Shown: piece by piece, positions 40,475 through 55,856 of the stretch | Layout of the letters: every line of letters begins with the position of its first letter | How positions within the stretch are numbered: the first letter of the stretch is position 1 | Source of the DNA: Octopus sinensis | Taxonomy: Eukaryota | Reading direction: 5' to 3' | DNA length: 64,000 nucleotides | Assembly (NCBI RefSeq): GCF_006345805.1 | Contig: NC_043024.1 | Span: forward strand, 5,084,001-5,148,000 | The notes under the pieces: model-generated | What the model saw: only the letters and a program-made list of their open reading frames with translations | What the model was told of the DNA's origin: nothing | Database searches by the model: none | Translations under genes and position numbers: made by a program

Positions 40475-41388
40475 TGATTTAAACAGAAGTCTTTCCTTAT
40501 GAAGTGGGTCCATAACACAGTGATATTTGTTGTACAACATTTCCTCAGAAGGACAAAGGACGTATGTCATAAAGACATCCACAGAATATAGAAACTATAT
40601 GAATGTGACATCTATAGTAAATCTTTGACATGAAATCATCCATTATTGAATCAAAAGAGCATTGACAGAGGAAGGAAAACATATCACTGTGATGTTAAAT
40701 CTGAATCATTCTTTCAAAATGGTGAATTGTTTGTACACAGTCCTATTAATATGAAAGATATAATCTATGAAAATGGATCAATTATTGAAATGTAAATGCA
40801 TTCATACAGAAGAGGAACCATATCACTATGATGATGATAATCATCACCATTTAAATTTCAGTTATTCATGCTTCTGTCTATCACATGGACTTCATTGATG
40901 GAGATTTTCTTCACCCGGGTACCTTTCCTGTTGCCAATCCACATATGTTTCCAAGCAAGGAAACGTTTTCCATGGTGAGACGTATTCCACACAGAAGACT
41001 GGAAATGACCAACTGCATTTGTATGATGGTCATTTACAAACATCACATCTGGACAAGGGTACACACACACATATGCATGTCTGGAGAAATTCTTATAGGA
41101 AATATTTTACATGTTTTCTCTTCATCTAAAAGTTTGTGATTCCTATTAGGAAATGAAACACATGTAATGCTGAATAAATGATATCAAACTTTTATCTGGT
41201 CTCCTTATGTGATATTTAATTTCTCTGCAAAAAATAACCAAACCTAATGCAAAAATAATATGTGTATATATCCTCGTTTTTTTTTCTGTGTCCCTTTCTG
41301 TAGAAGAGCGAAGGCTCGAAACGTAAAAGACTTTTTCAATTCCTGAGCGTTATACTAATACAACTGTTTGTTTTTTTTCGTAAACTCT

Positions 41389-41432
<44 letters not shown>

Positions 41433-41664
41433 GTATAACCAGCTTCTCTCTCTCCAACTTGTATACTTTTGTTATGTAGAGTAGGCATGAGAGGGATGGA
41501 GGAGTGAAGAAGAAGTAGAGAAAGGTGATCTTATAATAATTCTGCATGTCATTATGTTACTTAGCCTGTCAATAACACTTTCAGCTATTAGAGAAAAACT
41601 GGGAGAAAGAAAAGAGGATAAGGTTGGGAATGAGGTGGGAAGAGGAAGAAAAGACTCAGATAGA

Positions 41665-42860
41665 AGTGTGCAAATCCTTCCTGTCTTTCCTAAAGGGAGC
41701 AGGGCTGATGAAGTGCACGCATGCCTTAAGTCATCTATGTTGTGGCCCCAGGTTAAGACCTTAAGCCTAATCACAAACATGCATGCACACTTGCTTGGGG
41801 ATAGAATGTCTGCAGCATTTGCTGAAGAAATTTTAGCCCTTGGAGAAGGCAAGGTCCCTAGGAATGATAGGGGCAACATATCAGTCTATGAACTATGCAA
41901 CTCCGTGAACAACCCTTTCGGTCTTTTGGAAACAGTGTTCCCCAATCTGGAAAGTAATTATGCAGACATCAATTGGCTCAGTGAAAGAACCATCCTGGCC
42001 CCACAAAACGTAGGTGTCAGTGCTATCAATGACCAGCTCATATGATGAATTCTGGGTGAGGAGTACATCTACAAATTGATTGACCAGACGACTGACCACT
42101 AAGACATTGTCATTTACCCTATCGAGTTTCTAAACTCATTGGAGCCAGCAGGGTTTCCACCTCACGTCCTTAGGCTAAGGGTTGGATGCCCAATTAGGCT
42201 AATCAGAAACTTACTTCCGCCTAAACAGTGCAACAGGATCCGCTTAGTAATCAAGTCCCTGACGCCCCACTTGATTGAGGCCACCATTGTAACAGGGTGC
42301 AGGAGGGGTGAAAATGTTTTCATTTCAAGGATGCAGCTTTATCCCCCACGGTCAGACATGCCGGTCAAGTTCTGCAGATTGCAGTTGCTGGTCAGACCAA
42401 GCTTCACCGTGTCCATCAACAAATCCCAAGGCCAAACGCCATTGGTAGCAGGCATCGATTTGGGGTTTTCCATTCAATGAGGATAAATAATTGATAAACT
42501 AATTCCTTATAGGATTTCTGCTAAAATTGGCTACACCCCATTTTCAACCATAACTTTTAACAATTTCGACATATTTTGCTCAAACTCGATGCCAGCACTA
42601 CTTAGGACTCGTGGGATCTTTGAATGCTTTAAGTTCTCAAAAATAAAAAGAAAACGATGAGTGGAAATAATCGATAAACTGATTCCTTATGGTATTTCCC
42701 ATTCAAATTGCCTGCGATCCCACTTTCAGCCAAACTTTTGCCAATTTCAGCAGATTTCGCTCGAATGTGATGTCATTGTCACTTATTTTGGTTTGAAATA
42801 AATCACTTCATCACTTAATGATCCGAATTTAATACCGAGCAACGCCGGGTTATACTGTTA
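41665..42860 (+). mobile_element. Helitron relic (PIF1-type helicase C-terminus plus 3' end)
   Basis: QILPV..GSRADEVHACLKSS, TNM, ERTILAP, PPHVLRLRVG, SINKSQGQT; imperfect hairpin accgagcaacgccgggt near 42834-42850. Confidence 0.85.
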
Positions 42861-44539
42861 CTCAAATATATATCAGTAAAGCCGTTAATATTTCAAGAAA
42901 AGAGTTAGTTCCCCTTGTCAACTCTTCTAATTTTGCTTCTTCCTCCTGTTTCTCGCGCACCTTGATTGTTTGATCAGTTCCACTTGACAACTGATATTTA
43001 AGAGAAAATCCAATCAAATATATACAAATGATTGGTAATTAAATGTCTAAACAAACAGATACGGCATTTATGATTATGTGGACCTGAAAAATATGAAGTA
43101 ACGTTCGTTGGAAAAGGGAAGAAATTCTCTTGAAGCTGTCAGTGTCCGCTCTGACTCGTTGACTCTCTCTTTATATCAATTACTATGTAAGTATTATAAA
43201 GACATTTCTATTGTATTAAGTGTCATATTACGTACATCTGTTTGTTTCCATGTGTTGAATAAGTTAAAAGAAAGAATCTCAATAAACAAAGACGAAATTA
43301 TATTAAAGTAAGGCTGTTCTTTTAATACTTTCATTGTATTATCCCTTCTCTTTTCGATATTTCATCGCATTTGTGGTTACGCCTTCCGGATCGCCGTTAT
43401 TTCCTATATTTCTTAATGTCAGATTAATACCTCGTTTAGATAAAATTCCTCCTTTTGACAATTTAGTTAAATGCGGATAAATTACGATTGTAAGAAAAGA
43501 TGGGGAATGTATAAAAGTATGAATGTGCGCTTAAATTACTGAAACGAAAAGGCAGTATACAGACGAAATGAAAGGGCTTTGAATTGAAACACTAGAAAGT
43601 ACCTAATTTGACCAAAAATAAATATAAAAACCCGTTTATATAATCTTTTACTCGAACATTAGTAGTGAAGATATAAAAAATATCGACACGACATATAAAA
43701 CGAAGGCTGATCACTATTGTTTAAAAACTATCGCCTTGTGAAATTTAGTTTACTCAAATCAGTCACCAATAATTTAATTTTCCATGCTTGAAGCATTATA
43801 AACATTTTTATGTCCATTAAAATATATAGACATTATAATAATAATAATCAAAATGTCACTGAGAATGGTTTTAAGTGTGGTTTCACGTTTTAATAATTAG
43901 GAAATACAAAACCGAATTAAGAGGAAGCATTATCTTAATTGAGTCATTATGTCGTTAAAAAAGAACATAATAAATGCTAAGAATCAGAGAAAAGATCAAC
44001 AAAAGTAAAAGCTGATAGATTATCGATGAAGAGTCTCCAAAGTGACTAAAACATTAGATTTATTATCACGGAACTGAGTACATTACGATTACAAAGTTTT
44101 TGGTAAGGGACGAGGGAAAAGTGTGTGATTTAAGGGAGATTTGGCTGTTGTTTCTAGTACGTGCAAGACAACACTCGTTTTTCTTTTATTAAAATCACTC
44201 TAGATAAATCCCAGCAATAATCGTCTCAGGCTCTCCAACATTTTAGAATTATAAACAAAAATAATCGAGAGGTGATTGTAGGGTTTTAAAAAAAAATCAT
44301 AGATTTTCAAATTTTTCGTTAATTTTTTTTAATAGCGTAAATGTGTTTATGGCGGGAAATATTGAAAAACAAGGAGGGTGGTATTGGGAAGTGCTAGAAA
44401 CAACAGCCAAATCTCCTTTAAATCACACACTTTTCCTGTGAAAAGATTCAATTCATTTTAAAATAGAAAAGGTTTCTACCATGTTTTCCATTGCATATTG
44501 CGGGGGGGGGGGTCAGAATTGGTCTGGAGTGTGGTGGTG

Positions 44540-44752
44540 TGTGTGTTCACAAACGTACTAATTTGGAGGAGAAACCATATCACTGTAATATCTGTCGTAA
44601 GTCATTCTATCGAATACGTAACTTCACTACTCACACAAGAGTTCATAGAGGGAAGAGGCCATATCACTGTGACATCATTGGTGAATCATTCTCTGTTAGT
44701 AGTTGCCTAACTAGACCCAAGCATACTCAGACAATGGAGAAAACCCCCTTCA
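44540..44752 (+). pseudogene. Two-finger C2H2 fragment inside a module intron
   Basis: [20 protein letters not shown]; its distal part matches about 52515-52575 of ZNF E. Confidence 0.7.
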
Positions 44753-44912
44753 GATGAAAACATCAGATATCTAGTGTCATTGACATGTATATTGATATGT
44801 GTGTGTGTCTAGGACAGAATTAATGTCCAGGAGATGTTATAATACATGTGTCTACTCCCTGATACAAACCTCTTGAAAATAGATGGGATAAATATAATAG
44901 TTCAGATAAAGG

Positions 44913-46240
44913 ATCATCATCATCGTTTAGCGTCCGCTTTCCATGCTGGCATGGGTTGGACGGTGCAACTGGGGTCTGGGAAGCCAGAAGGCTGCACCAG
45001 GTCCAGTCTGATCTGGCAATGTTTCTACGGCTGGATGCCCTTCCTAACGCCAACCACTCCATGAGTGTAGTGGGTGCTTTTTACGTGCCAGACGAGGCTG
45101 GCAAACGGCTGCGGTCGGATGGTGCTTTTTACGTGCCACCGGCATGGAAGCCAATCAGGGCGGCACTGGCAACGGCCACGTTCGGATGGTTCTCTTATGT
45201 GCCACCAGCACTGGTATCACAGCTAGTTTCCATTCATGTTGATCGATTTTGATTTTTGATTTTTTGATTTTCTCCTGCCTCAACAGGTTTTCACAAGTAG
45301 GGTTTTGTGTCCCAAGAAGGAAAGGTATGCATAAGTGGACTGAGGCCATGGGTGATGGTCTCACTTGTCCTGCCGGGTCTTCTCACGCACAGCATACTTC
45401 CAAAGGTCTCGGTCTCTAGTCGTTTCCTCGGTGAGACCTAAAGTTCGAAGGTCGTGCTTCACCACCTCATCCCAGGTTTGCCTGGGTCTGCCTCTTCCTC
45501 TGGTTCCCTCAACAGCTAGGGTGTGGCACTTTTTCACACAACTATCTTCATCCATTCTCACCACATGGCCATACCAGCACAAACGTCTCTCTTGCACACC
45601 GCAACTGATGCTTCTTAGGTCCAGCTTCTCTCTCAAGGTACTTACACTCTGTCGAGTATGAACACTGACATTACACATCCATCGGAGCATACTGGCTTCA
45701 TTTCTTGCGAGCTTACGCATATTCTCAGCAGTCACAGCCCATGTTTCACTGCCATGTAACATGACTGTTCGTACACAAGCATCATACAGTGTGCCTTTTA
45801 CTCTGAGCGAGAGGCCTTTTGTCCCTAGCAGAGGTAAGAGTTCTCTGAACTTTGTCCAAGCTATTCTTACTCTAGCAGTTACACTTTCAACACACCCGCC
45901 CCTGCTACTGACTTGGTCACCTAGGTAACGGAAGCTATCAATTATTTCTAGTTTTTCTCCCTGGAATGTGGCAGAAGTTGCTCTCTGCGCATTTTCAGTG
46001 TTTATTGCTCCTGAGCATCTGCCACATACAAAAACTATCTTCCAAGTTAGCCTTCCCTTGACGTTGCTGCACCGCTTATGTGTCCATAGCTAACACTTGG
46101 TGCATCTTATAGAGTTTCTACCTACGCCTTTCCTACAGATCGAGCAAGGCCATCTACCTGAAGGCGTTTGTGACTTGTTTACCTTCCTACTTATTAGGAC
46201 TTTGGTTTTAGCTAGGTTGACTCTAAGGCCCTTCGATTCT
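44913..46240 (-). mobile_element. 5'-truncated RTE LINE
   Basis: LHGSETWAV...WYGHVVRMDEDSCVKKC..GRGRPRQTW, followed by a 3'UTR and (CAT)n tail. Confidence 0.9.
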
Positions 46241-46778
46241 AAAGATGACTTCTACAATTTATGAAAACAGAAATATCGTAAATTTGCACTTTTGAATATC
46301 TGCCTTTTAAACATACCTGATGTCTTATATTATTTTTGTATTCTTTCAGAAAATCATATGAAATTGGCTAAAAAGTATTTTTTACTTTTAAAGAATCATC
46401 AATATGTATCATGTTTGAAAGACTCTGCAAAGATATTCTACAAACGTATTATCCTGCTTCTATAAAACATTGCTGAGTTACAGTAAAATATTTCCTCTGA
46501 GAGAGAAAGCATTTCTTTACTTCTGTGTCTGAAATGTGCAAGAGATAATTTTCTCTTTTAAATATACTTTGATAGATTTCCAAAGAGTATTTGCGACATT
46601 TTTAAATATTGGCATTGATCACATTTAGAAGAAATATAAGAGAAGTGATATTTGTTTGGAATAAACTATAAAAACAAAAAGAAGAAAAATATCCATAAAT
46701 TTTGGTGAGAGGATAAATATTTTTGAAAAGTTGTTGATCTGTACAACTTGAAGGATCGATTTTATTTTTCTTGAAGAG

Positions 46779-47642
46779 ATGTCTGAAGAATTAGGAAAAT
46801 CATCATATGACTGTGACATCTGCAAAGAGTCATTCTTAGAAGAAAGTAAATTCAATCAACACAAACAAATTCATGCAAGGGAACAACGATATCACTGTGA
46901 TATCTGTGGTAAATCATTGTCTGACAGGAGTAGCTTTGCTCGTCACAAACGTATCCATACAGGAGAGAAACCATATCACTGTGATATCTGTGGTAAATCA
47001 TTCTCAAGTAGCAGTCAGTTAACACGATACATACGTACTCATACAGGAGAAAGACCTTATCCCTGTGATATCTGTGGTGAATCCTTCTCTGCTAGCAGTA
47101 GCTTAACTGAACACAAACGTATTCATACAGGGAAGAAACCTTATCACTGTGATATCTGTGGTAAATCTTTTACTGAAAAGAGTAGCTTAACTAAGCACAA
47201 ACGTATCCATACAGGGGAGAAGCCATATCACTGTAGTATCTGTGGTAAATCATACTCTAATTACAGTCACTTAATTGAACACATACGTACTCATACAGGA
47301 GAGAAACCTTATCCCTGCGATATCTGTGGTGAATCATTCTCTGTTGGCAGTAGTTTAACTCGTCATAAACGTATCCATACAGGAGAGAAACCATATCACT
47401 GTGATTTATGTGGTAAATCTTTCATTGAAAAGAGTGGCTTAACTCAACACAAACTAATCCATACAGGAGAGAAACCATATCACTGTGATATCTGTGGTGG
47501 ATCATTCTCTCAAAGCAGTAGCTTAACTCAACACAAGCGGGTTCATACAGGAGAGAAACCATATGACTGTAGTATCTGTGGTGAATCATTCTCTCAAAGC
47601 AGTAGCTTAACTAAACACAAACAGGTTCATACAGGGGAGTAA
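46779..47642 (+). CDS. C2H2 zinc-finger protein D, 10 fingers before a linker TAA
   Basis: Tandem fingers (finger 3 has His>Tyr); the frame continues past TAA 47640 with 3 intact fingers to a second TAA at 47892, then one more finger. Confidence 0.8.
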   Translation: MSEELGKSSYDCDICKESFLEESKFNQHKQIHAREQRYHCDICGKSLSDRSSFARHKRIHTGEKPYHCDICGKSFSSSSQLTRYIRTHTGERPYPCDICGESFSASSSLTEHKRIHTGKKPYHCDICGKSFTEKSSLTKHKRIHTGEKPYHCSICGKSYSNYSHLIEHIRTHTGEKPYPCDICGESFSVGSSLTRHKRIHTGEKPYHCDLCGKSFIEKSGLTQHKLIHTGEKPYHCDICGGSFSQSSSLTQHKRVHTGEKPYDCSICGESFSQSSSLTKHKQVHTGE

Positions 47643-47891
<249 letters not shown>

Positions 47892-50164
47892 TAACCATAT
47901 CGCTGTGATATCTGTGGTAAATCATTCTCTGAAAAGGGTATCTTGACTACACACAAATTTATCCATCCTGGTGTAAAACAATATCATTGTGGTATCTGCA
48001 GTAAATCATTCTGACAAAAACATCATTTAATTAAACACAGGTGCAAAGGATCCATAGCACAGTGACATTTGTTGTATAACATTCCCTCAGAAGGACAAGC
48101 TTGTACCTCAGGAAAATCTCTACACATGATTGAAACGATGTTATGAATGTGATATATCTAGTAAATCTTTCATTTGAAATCATCCATTATTGAATCAAAA
48201 GAGCATTGACAGAGGAAGGAAACATATCACTGTGATGTTAAACCTGAATCATTCTTTCAAAATGGTGAATTGTTTGTACACAGTCCTATTAATATGAAAG
48301 ATATAACTGTAACCTAAGCTATTCATGCTAAATCAATCTATGAAAATGATCAATTATTGAAATGTAAATGCATTCATACAGAAGAGGAACCACAATGATG
48401 ATGATCCTCATCATTTAACATTCTCCTATTCATGCTTCTGTGGATCAGATGCAATTCATTGATGGAGATTTTCTACATCTGGGTACCTTTCTTGTGACCA
48501 ATCCTCACCTGTTTCCAAGCAAGGAAATATTTTCCCTGGTGAGACATATTTTACACAGAAGACTGGAAATGAACAACTGCACAAGTATGACGGTCATTTA
48601 TAAGCATCACGTGGTATCTAGGCAAAGGAACACACACACACACACACATATGTATGTCTCAAGAATTTCTTATAGGAAATATCTTAAATGTTTTCTCTAC
48701 GTGTAAAAGTTTGTAATTCCTATTAGGAAATGAAACACATGTAATGCTGAATAAATACTATCAAACTTTTCTCCAGTCTCCTTATGTGCTTTGTAATTAC
48801 CTTGCAAAAAATATTATCCAAACCTCCCACAAAAATAACACACACACAGATAGATGTGGTGGTGAAAACGGTTTTGTCTTTTCATTGAAATAAATTTTTG
48901 TATCACCTACAAATTGAAATGTGTATTGGCTCTGACCCATCACCTTGGCTTATAAGTTACCAATGATGTGGTTTTCAGTGTCTGCCATGTTCCTTTAATT
49001 TTTTACTCACATGAAATTGTGACTCCTATATTTTACTATACAATTTTTGTTTTCTAGATGAAAAATTTGACCATTTCAGTTTCAAAATGTAATTTTATCT
49101 GTTTATGGTCAAAATGGAAAAATAAGAGTGAATATTTATTTTATGAGTGCTGTGTATTAAGTCTATAAAATTGTGCATAAAATATATAAGCTATATGAAT
49201 TGCATTGAGTCATTATTATATTCCAATTTCCTTCTCTTTTCAATGAATAATAGATGGGTGAGTATCTTTTGATACAGACACAACACAGGCTACACTTTCG
49301 AGGTTTTAGATAAAGTTTTCAGAAATAACCGAATAGGTTTGCTATTAATTTCATGAAATATTCACGGGTCCCACTAGTTTAAGAGCATCATGTGGTCAGC
49401 TGAAGGTAGAGGTGAAGAATGAGAGGAAATGTGGGAGGGAAAAGTGTTAATGATATGTGGTGTGGTGAAGAAGGAATACTTATTATTTGGTTAACAGGTT
49501 AGCTGAAGGGAAAAATAAAGAGAAAGAGATATGTTTAGGATACATTATTTGTGAGAGTGAGGTTAAAGAGAAGGAAATAGAAAGAGATGGACGGTTGAGG
49601 CAGATAGGGTTTCGTATAGTTAAAAGTTGATATAATCAAAAGACCTGAAATGAAACAAGTCTTGTTCCTGAAACTTATAGTGATGATGATGATAGTGGTG
49701 GGTTGATTGCGAAAAGGAATTTCTTTTTTTTATAGAGACCGTCACTCAACACTTGCGCTTTGGTGCAATTATTACGGATGCCAAGTATATTTAACAAAGC
49801 TAAAGTTATGAATGCTATAAGAATGCAAATGAACCTCTGTTTCTTAAATAGGTCCTCTTAATTTTTTTAATTAATAATAAACTAAGGTGGCAAACTGGCA
49901 GGATCGTTAGCACATCGGGAAAAATGCTTAGCTAGATTCTTCTGACATTTATGCATTTAAATTCTTCCAAAGTGGACTTTGTCCTACATCCAGAGATGGG
50001 TTTGATGAAAATAAGCCCCTTTTGAGCACTGGAGTAGAGATAATCAATTCAACACTTCCTTTGGAATTGCTGGCCTTGTGCCAATATTTGGAAACTATTC
50101 CAATGTCTTCGCTCTCACCCGAGGAAATGCCACGACCATTTCAAAAATTATCAAAGAACCTTCC

Positions 50165-50650
50165 AGTCCAGAGAACTAGGTGTCATCATACCACTTTTCT
50201 CCTTTGTATGGCCACCTCGAATACTGCTGCCCACTGTGGTCACCCCATACAAAACAAAATATCTCGGGGATTGAATCGCCCCAGAGGACACTCACTAAAC
50301 AAATTGAAGGCATAACTGCTCTCGATTATTGGGACCGCCTTAAAGCCTTGAAACTCTTCCCTCTCCAGCCCCGCCGCAAGCGGTACATCATTTGTATGAT
50401 GTGGAGAATATACCGCCCTGAACATTAGTTTCAAGGTTCATAAAAGGCTGCGACCACGGGCCATACGTCCCCTGCCCAATTCAGGATCACAGCATATAGG
50501 TACACTGCAACAGAATTTCTTTTCCTCAACAGGCCCTGCCCTGTTTAACATTGTCCCGAAAGAGATCAAAGAGGAAAAGGATCCCATCAACTTTAAACGG
50601 TGTCTGGACAGATTTCGTCAAGGAATACCGGATAAGCCACACATACCTGA
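50165..50650 (+). mobile_element. CR1-type LINE 3' fragment
   Basis: HLEYCCPLWSP..IESPQRTLTK..YWDRLKALKL..RRKRY. Confidence 0.75.
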
Positions 50651-51986
50651 TATTTAAGAGAGACCCCAATCAAATGATTGGTAATTAAAAGTCTAAAGAA
50701 GCAGATACGGCATTTTTTATTACATTGACCTGCAAAATATGAAGTAACATTCGTTGGAAAAAGGAAGAAATTCTCTTGAAGCTGTCGTTGTCCACTCTGA
50801 CTCGTTGACTCTCTCTTTATATTAATTACTATGTAAGTATTATAAAGACATTTCTATTGTATTAAGTATCATATTACATCCATCTCTTTGTTTCCATGTG
50901 TTGAATAAGTGAAAAGAAAGAATCTCACCAAAGAAAGACGAAATTATATGAAAGTAAGGCTGTTATTTTAATACTTACGATGGAATTTGTATATCGTATA
51001 CAGACGAAATGAAAAGGCTTTGAATTGAAACACTAGAAACTACCTAATTTGACCAAAAATAAATATAAAAACCCGTTTATTTAATCTTTTACTCGAAAAT
51101 TAGTAGTGAAGATATAAAAAAAATATCGACACGACGTATAAAATGATCACTATTGTTTAAAAACTATCGCCTTGTGAAATTTAGATTACTCAAATCAGTC
51201 ACCAATAATTTAATTTTCCATGCTTGAAGCAACATAAACATTTTTATGACCATTAAAATATACAGACATTATAATAATAATAATCAAAAAGTCACTGAGA
51301 ATGGTTTTGAATGTGGTTTCACATTTTTATAATTAGGAAACACAAAACCGAATTGAGAGGAAGCATTATCTTGAGTCATGCTAAGAATCAGAAAAGATCA
51401 ACAAAAGTAAAAGCTGATAGATTATCGATGAAGAGTCTCCGAGGTGACTAAAACATTAGATTACCATTCATGGTAAAATTTTAATGTATATTTGCACTTT
51501 CGAATATCTACCTTTTAAACATGGTTTATGTCTTATATTATTTTCGTATTCTTTCAGAAAATCACACGAAATTGGCTAAAAAGTATTTTTTGCTTTTAAA
51601 GAATCATCAATATGTATCATGTTTGAAAGACTCTGCAAAGATATTCTACAAACGTATAATCCTGCTTCTATAAAACATTGCTGAGTTACAGTAAAATATT
51701 TCCTCAGAGAGAGAAAGCATTTCTTTACTTCTGTGTCTGAAATGTGCAAGAGATAATTTTCTCTTTTAAATATACTTTGATGGATTTACAAAGAGTATTT
51801 GCAACATTTTTAAATATTGGCAATGATCACATTTAGAAGAAATATAAGAGAAGTGATATTTGTTTGGAATAAACTATAAAAGCAAAAAGAAGAAAAATAT
51901 CCATAAATTTTGGTGAGAAAAGAAATATTTTTGATAAGTTGTTGATCTGTACAACTTGAAGGTTCAGTTTTATTTTTCTTGAAGAG

Positions 51987-53030
<1,044 letters not shown>

Positions 53031-53773
53031 TTGCTGATTTAAACAGTTCTTTCCTTATGAAGTGGATTCATAACACAGTGATATTTGTTGTATAACATTT
53101 CCTCAGAAGGGCAAAGGAGGGAAATCATATCACTGTGATATCAGTGCTTAATCATTCTATCAAAATGGAGAATTATACACAGTCATATTAATATGGAAGA
53201 TATAACTGTAACCTAAGCTATTCATGCTAAATCATTCTATGAAAACGGATCAATTATTGAAATGTAAATGCATTCATACAGAAGACGAACCACGATGATG
53301 ATGGTCCTCATCATTTAACATTCACTTTTCCATGCTTCTGTGGATCAGATGGAATTCATTGATGGAGATTTTCTCCAGCTGGATGCCTTTCTTGTGACCA
53401 ATCCTCACCTGTTTCCAAGCAAGGAAATATTTTCCCTGGTGAGACATATTTTACGCAGAGGACTGGAAATGAACAACTGCACAAGTATGACGGTCATGAT
53501 GGCCATTTATGAACATCACATAATATCTGGACAAGGGTACATACATACATATGTATGTCTGAAGAATTTCTTATAGGAAATATCTTACATGTTTTCTCTA
53601 CGTGTAAAAGTTTATAATTCCTATTAGGATATGAAACACATGTAATGCTCAATAAATATCAAACTCTTCTCCATTGTCCTTATGTGTTATGTAATTACTC
53701 TGCAAAAAATATTATCCATACCACATACAAAAATAATATACACACACACACACATTATATATATATAGGCATG

Positions 53774-54150
53774 GGAGTGGCTGTGTGGTATGTAGCTTGC
53801 TCACCAACCATATGGTTCCGGGTTCAGTCCCACTGCATGGCACCTTGGGCAAGTGTCTTCTACTATAGTCTCGGGCCGATCAAAGCCTTATGAGTGGATT
53901 TGGTAGGCGGAAACTGAAAGAAGCCCGTTGTATATATGTATATATATGTGTGTGTGTGTGTTTGTGTATCTGTGTTTGTCCCCCCAACATCACTTGACAA
54001 CCGATGCTAGTGTGTTAACATCTCTGTAACTGATAGAATAAGTACCAGCCTTACAAAGAATAAGTCCTGGGGTCGATTTGCTCGACTAAAGGTGGTGCTC
54101 CAGCATGGCCGCAGTCAAATGACTGAAACAAGTGAAAGAGATAAAGAGTA
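53774..54150 (+). mobile_element. SINE family a
   Basis: Matches 35168-35542. Confidence 0.85.
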
Positions 54151-54254
54151 TGTAATAACCAGCTTCTTTGTTCAACTGATATACTTTCATTAGTTGGAGT
54201 AAGAGTGGGAGGGAGGGAAGACGCAGAGAGAGGGGATCTTTCTTATAGTAATTC

Positions 54255-54595
54255 TTGTTTCTTTATTATTCACAAGGGGACAAACAAGGACAGACAGACG
54301 GATTAATTCGATTATATCGACCTCAGTGTGTAACTGGTACTTATTTAATCGACCCCGAAAGGATGAAAGGCAAAGTCGATATACTTATTTCTTTACTACC
54401 CACAAGGGGCCAAACAAGGACAAACAGATTAAGTCGATTCTATCAACCCCAGTGTGTAACTGGTACTTAATTTATCAACCCTGAAAGGTTGAAAGGCAAA
54501 GTCAACCTCGGCAGAATTTGAACTCAGAACGTAACAGCAGATGAAATACCACTAAGCATTTCGCCTGGCGTGCTAACGATTCTGCCATCTCGCTG
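54255..54595 (-). mobile_element. Two partial tandem SINE family b copies
   Basis: Match 11590-11813; 3' tail at 54387-54410. Confidence 0.8.
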
Positions 54596-54984
54596 ATCTT
54601 TCTTCTAGTAATTCTGCCTGTCAATATGTTACTGAACCCATCAGTAATGCTTTCATGTGATCAGTGAAAAAGAGGGAGAGAGGAAAGAGGATAAGGCAAA
54701 GAGTGGAGCCGAAAGAGAGAGAATTGATTGAGGATGAAGCATGCATGGCACGTGGTAGGGGGGAATGTAATAGTTATTTTATGGATAAAAATGTTATTTT
54801 GGAGGTCGCTGCCACTTTTCAATTTTTTCCTTTTTTGTTTCTATTGATTCCATATTTGGAGTATTGGTATAGTTTTGTAAGGCAATCATTGACATGAAAT
54901 TCTTTTTATAGTTTGCAATCTTGGGTAATTTAACCATTTGAAAGCCACAGATGTATAGGTGCTTGTTTCCATAGTAACAAGCCA

Positions 54985-55856
54985 GGATCTTTTCAGTTTG
55001 AACAGCAGTTTTTCTAGCGGTGTCATATGAAATTGTCACCCATAATTATGACCCTAGTATCGATCTATTGCATTTAAATCTGTTTTAGGGTTATGGGTTG
55101 GGGGGAATGGTATCTTTTTTTCTTCACAAATGTAAATAAACCCAATCTGTTTCTTAAACGAGGGACATATTCATACGGCGCAGAATGTTTTCTTTCACCT
55201 CAATAGATGTCATTGATTGGTTGAAATTGCAGAAATTGAAGAAAAAACAACAAATATCTTACAAAGTATAGAATTTTCTCAATAAAGCCAAGAGAAAAAC
55301 ATGTTTTATAAACACATTCTACCAATATACGAAGTTTAAAATTTTTTAGTTACCTAGAAATTATGTTAAAAAACAGCCATTCAAACCGAAAAGATCTGAT
55401 AATTTTAATATTTGAGGTATTCATATAATTTTCCATGCAGAATTTCATCAGTTAATTTGCTTCTTCCACAGAAAGTTGGGATCCTTTCGGTTCGAACGGC
55501 AGTTTTTTAAAATAATTTCCACATAACCAAACACTTTTAAACTTCGTATACTGGGAGAATGTGTTTATAAAACATCTTTTTCTCTTGGCTTTATTAAGAA
55601 AATTCTATAGTTTGTAAGATATTTGTTGTATTTTCCCTTCAATTTCTGCAATTTCAACCAATGAATGATGTCTATTGAGGTGAAAACATTCTGTGCCGTA
55701 TGAATATGTCCCTCGTTTAAGAAACAGATTGGGTTTATTTACATTTGTAAAGAAAAAAGATACCCTTTTCCCAAACCCTAACCCTAAAACATAATTATGG
55801 GTAACAATTTCATATGACACCACTAGAAAAAACTGCCGTTCAAACCGAAAAGATCC
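54985..55856. mobile_element. Two GGATC-family MITEs in inverted orientation (54985-55397 and 55479-55856)
   Basis: Both match 10842-11238; the second has an 8-bp TSD gaaagttg/aaaagttg. Confidence 0.85.
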
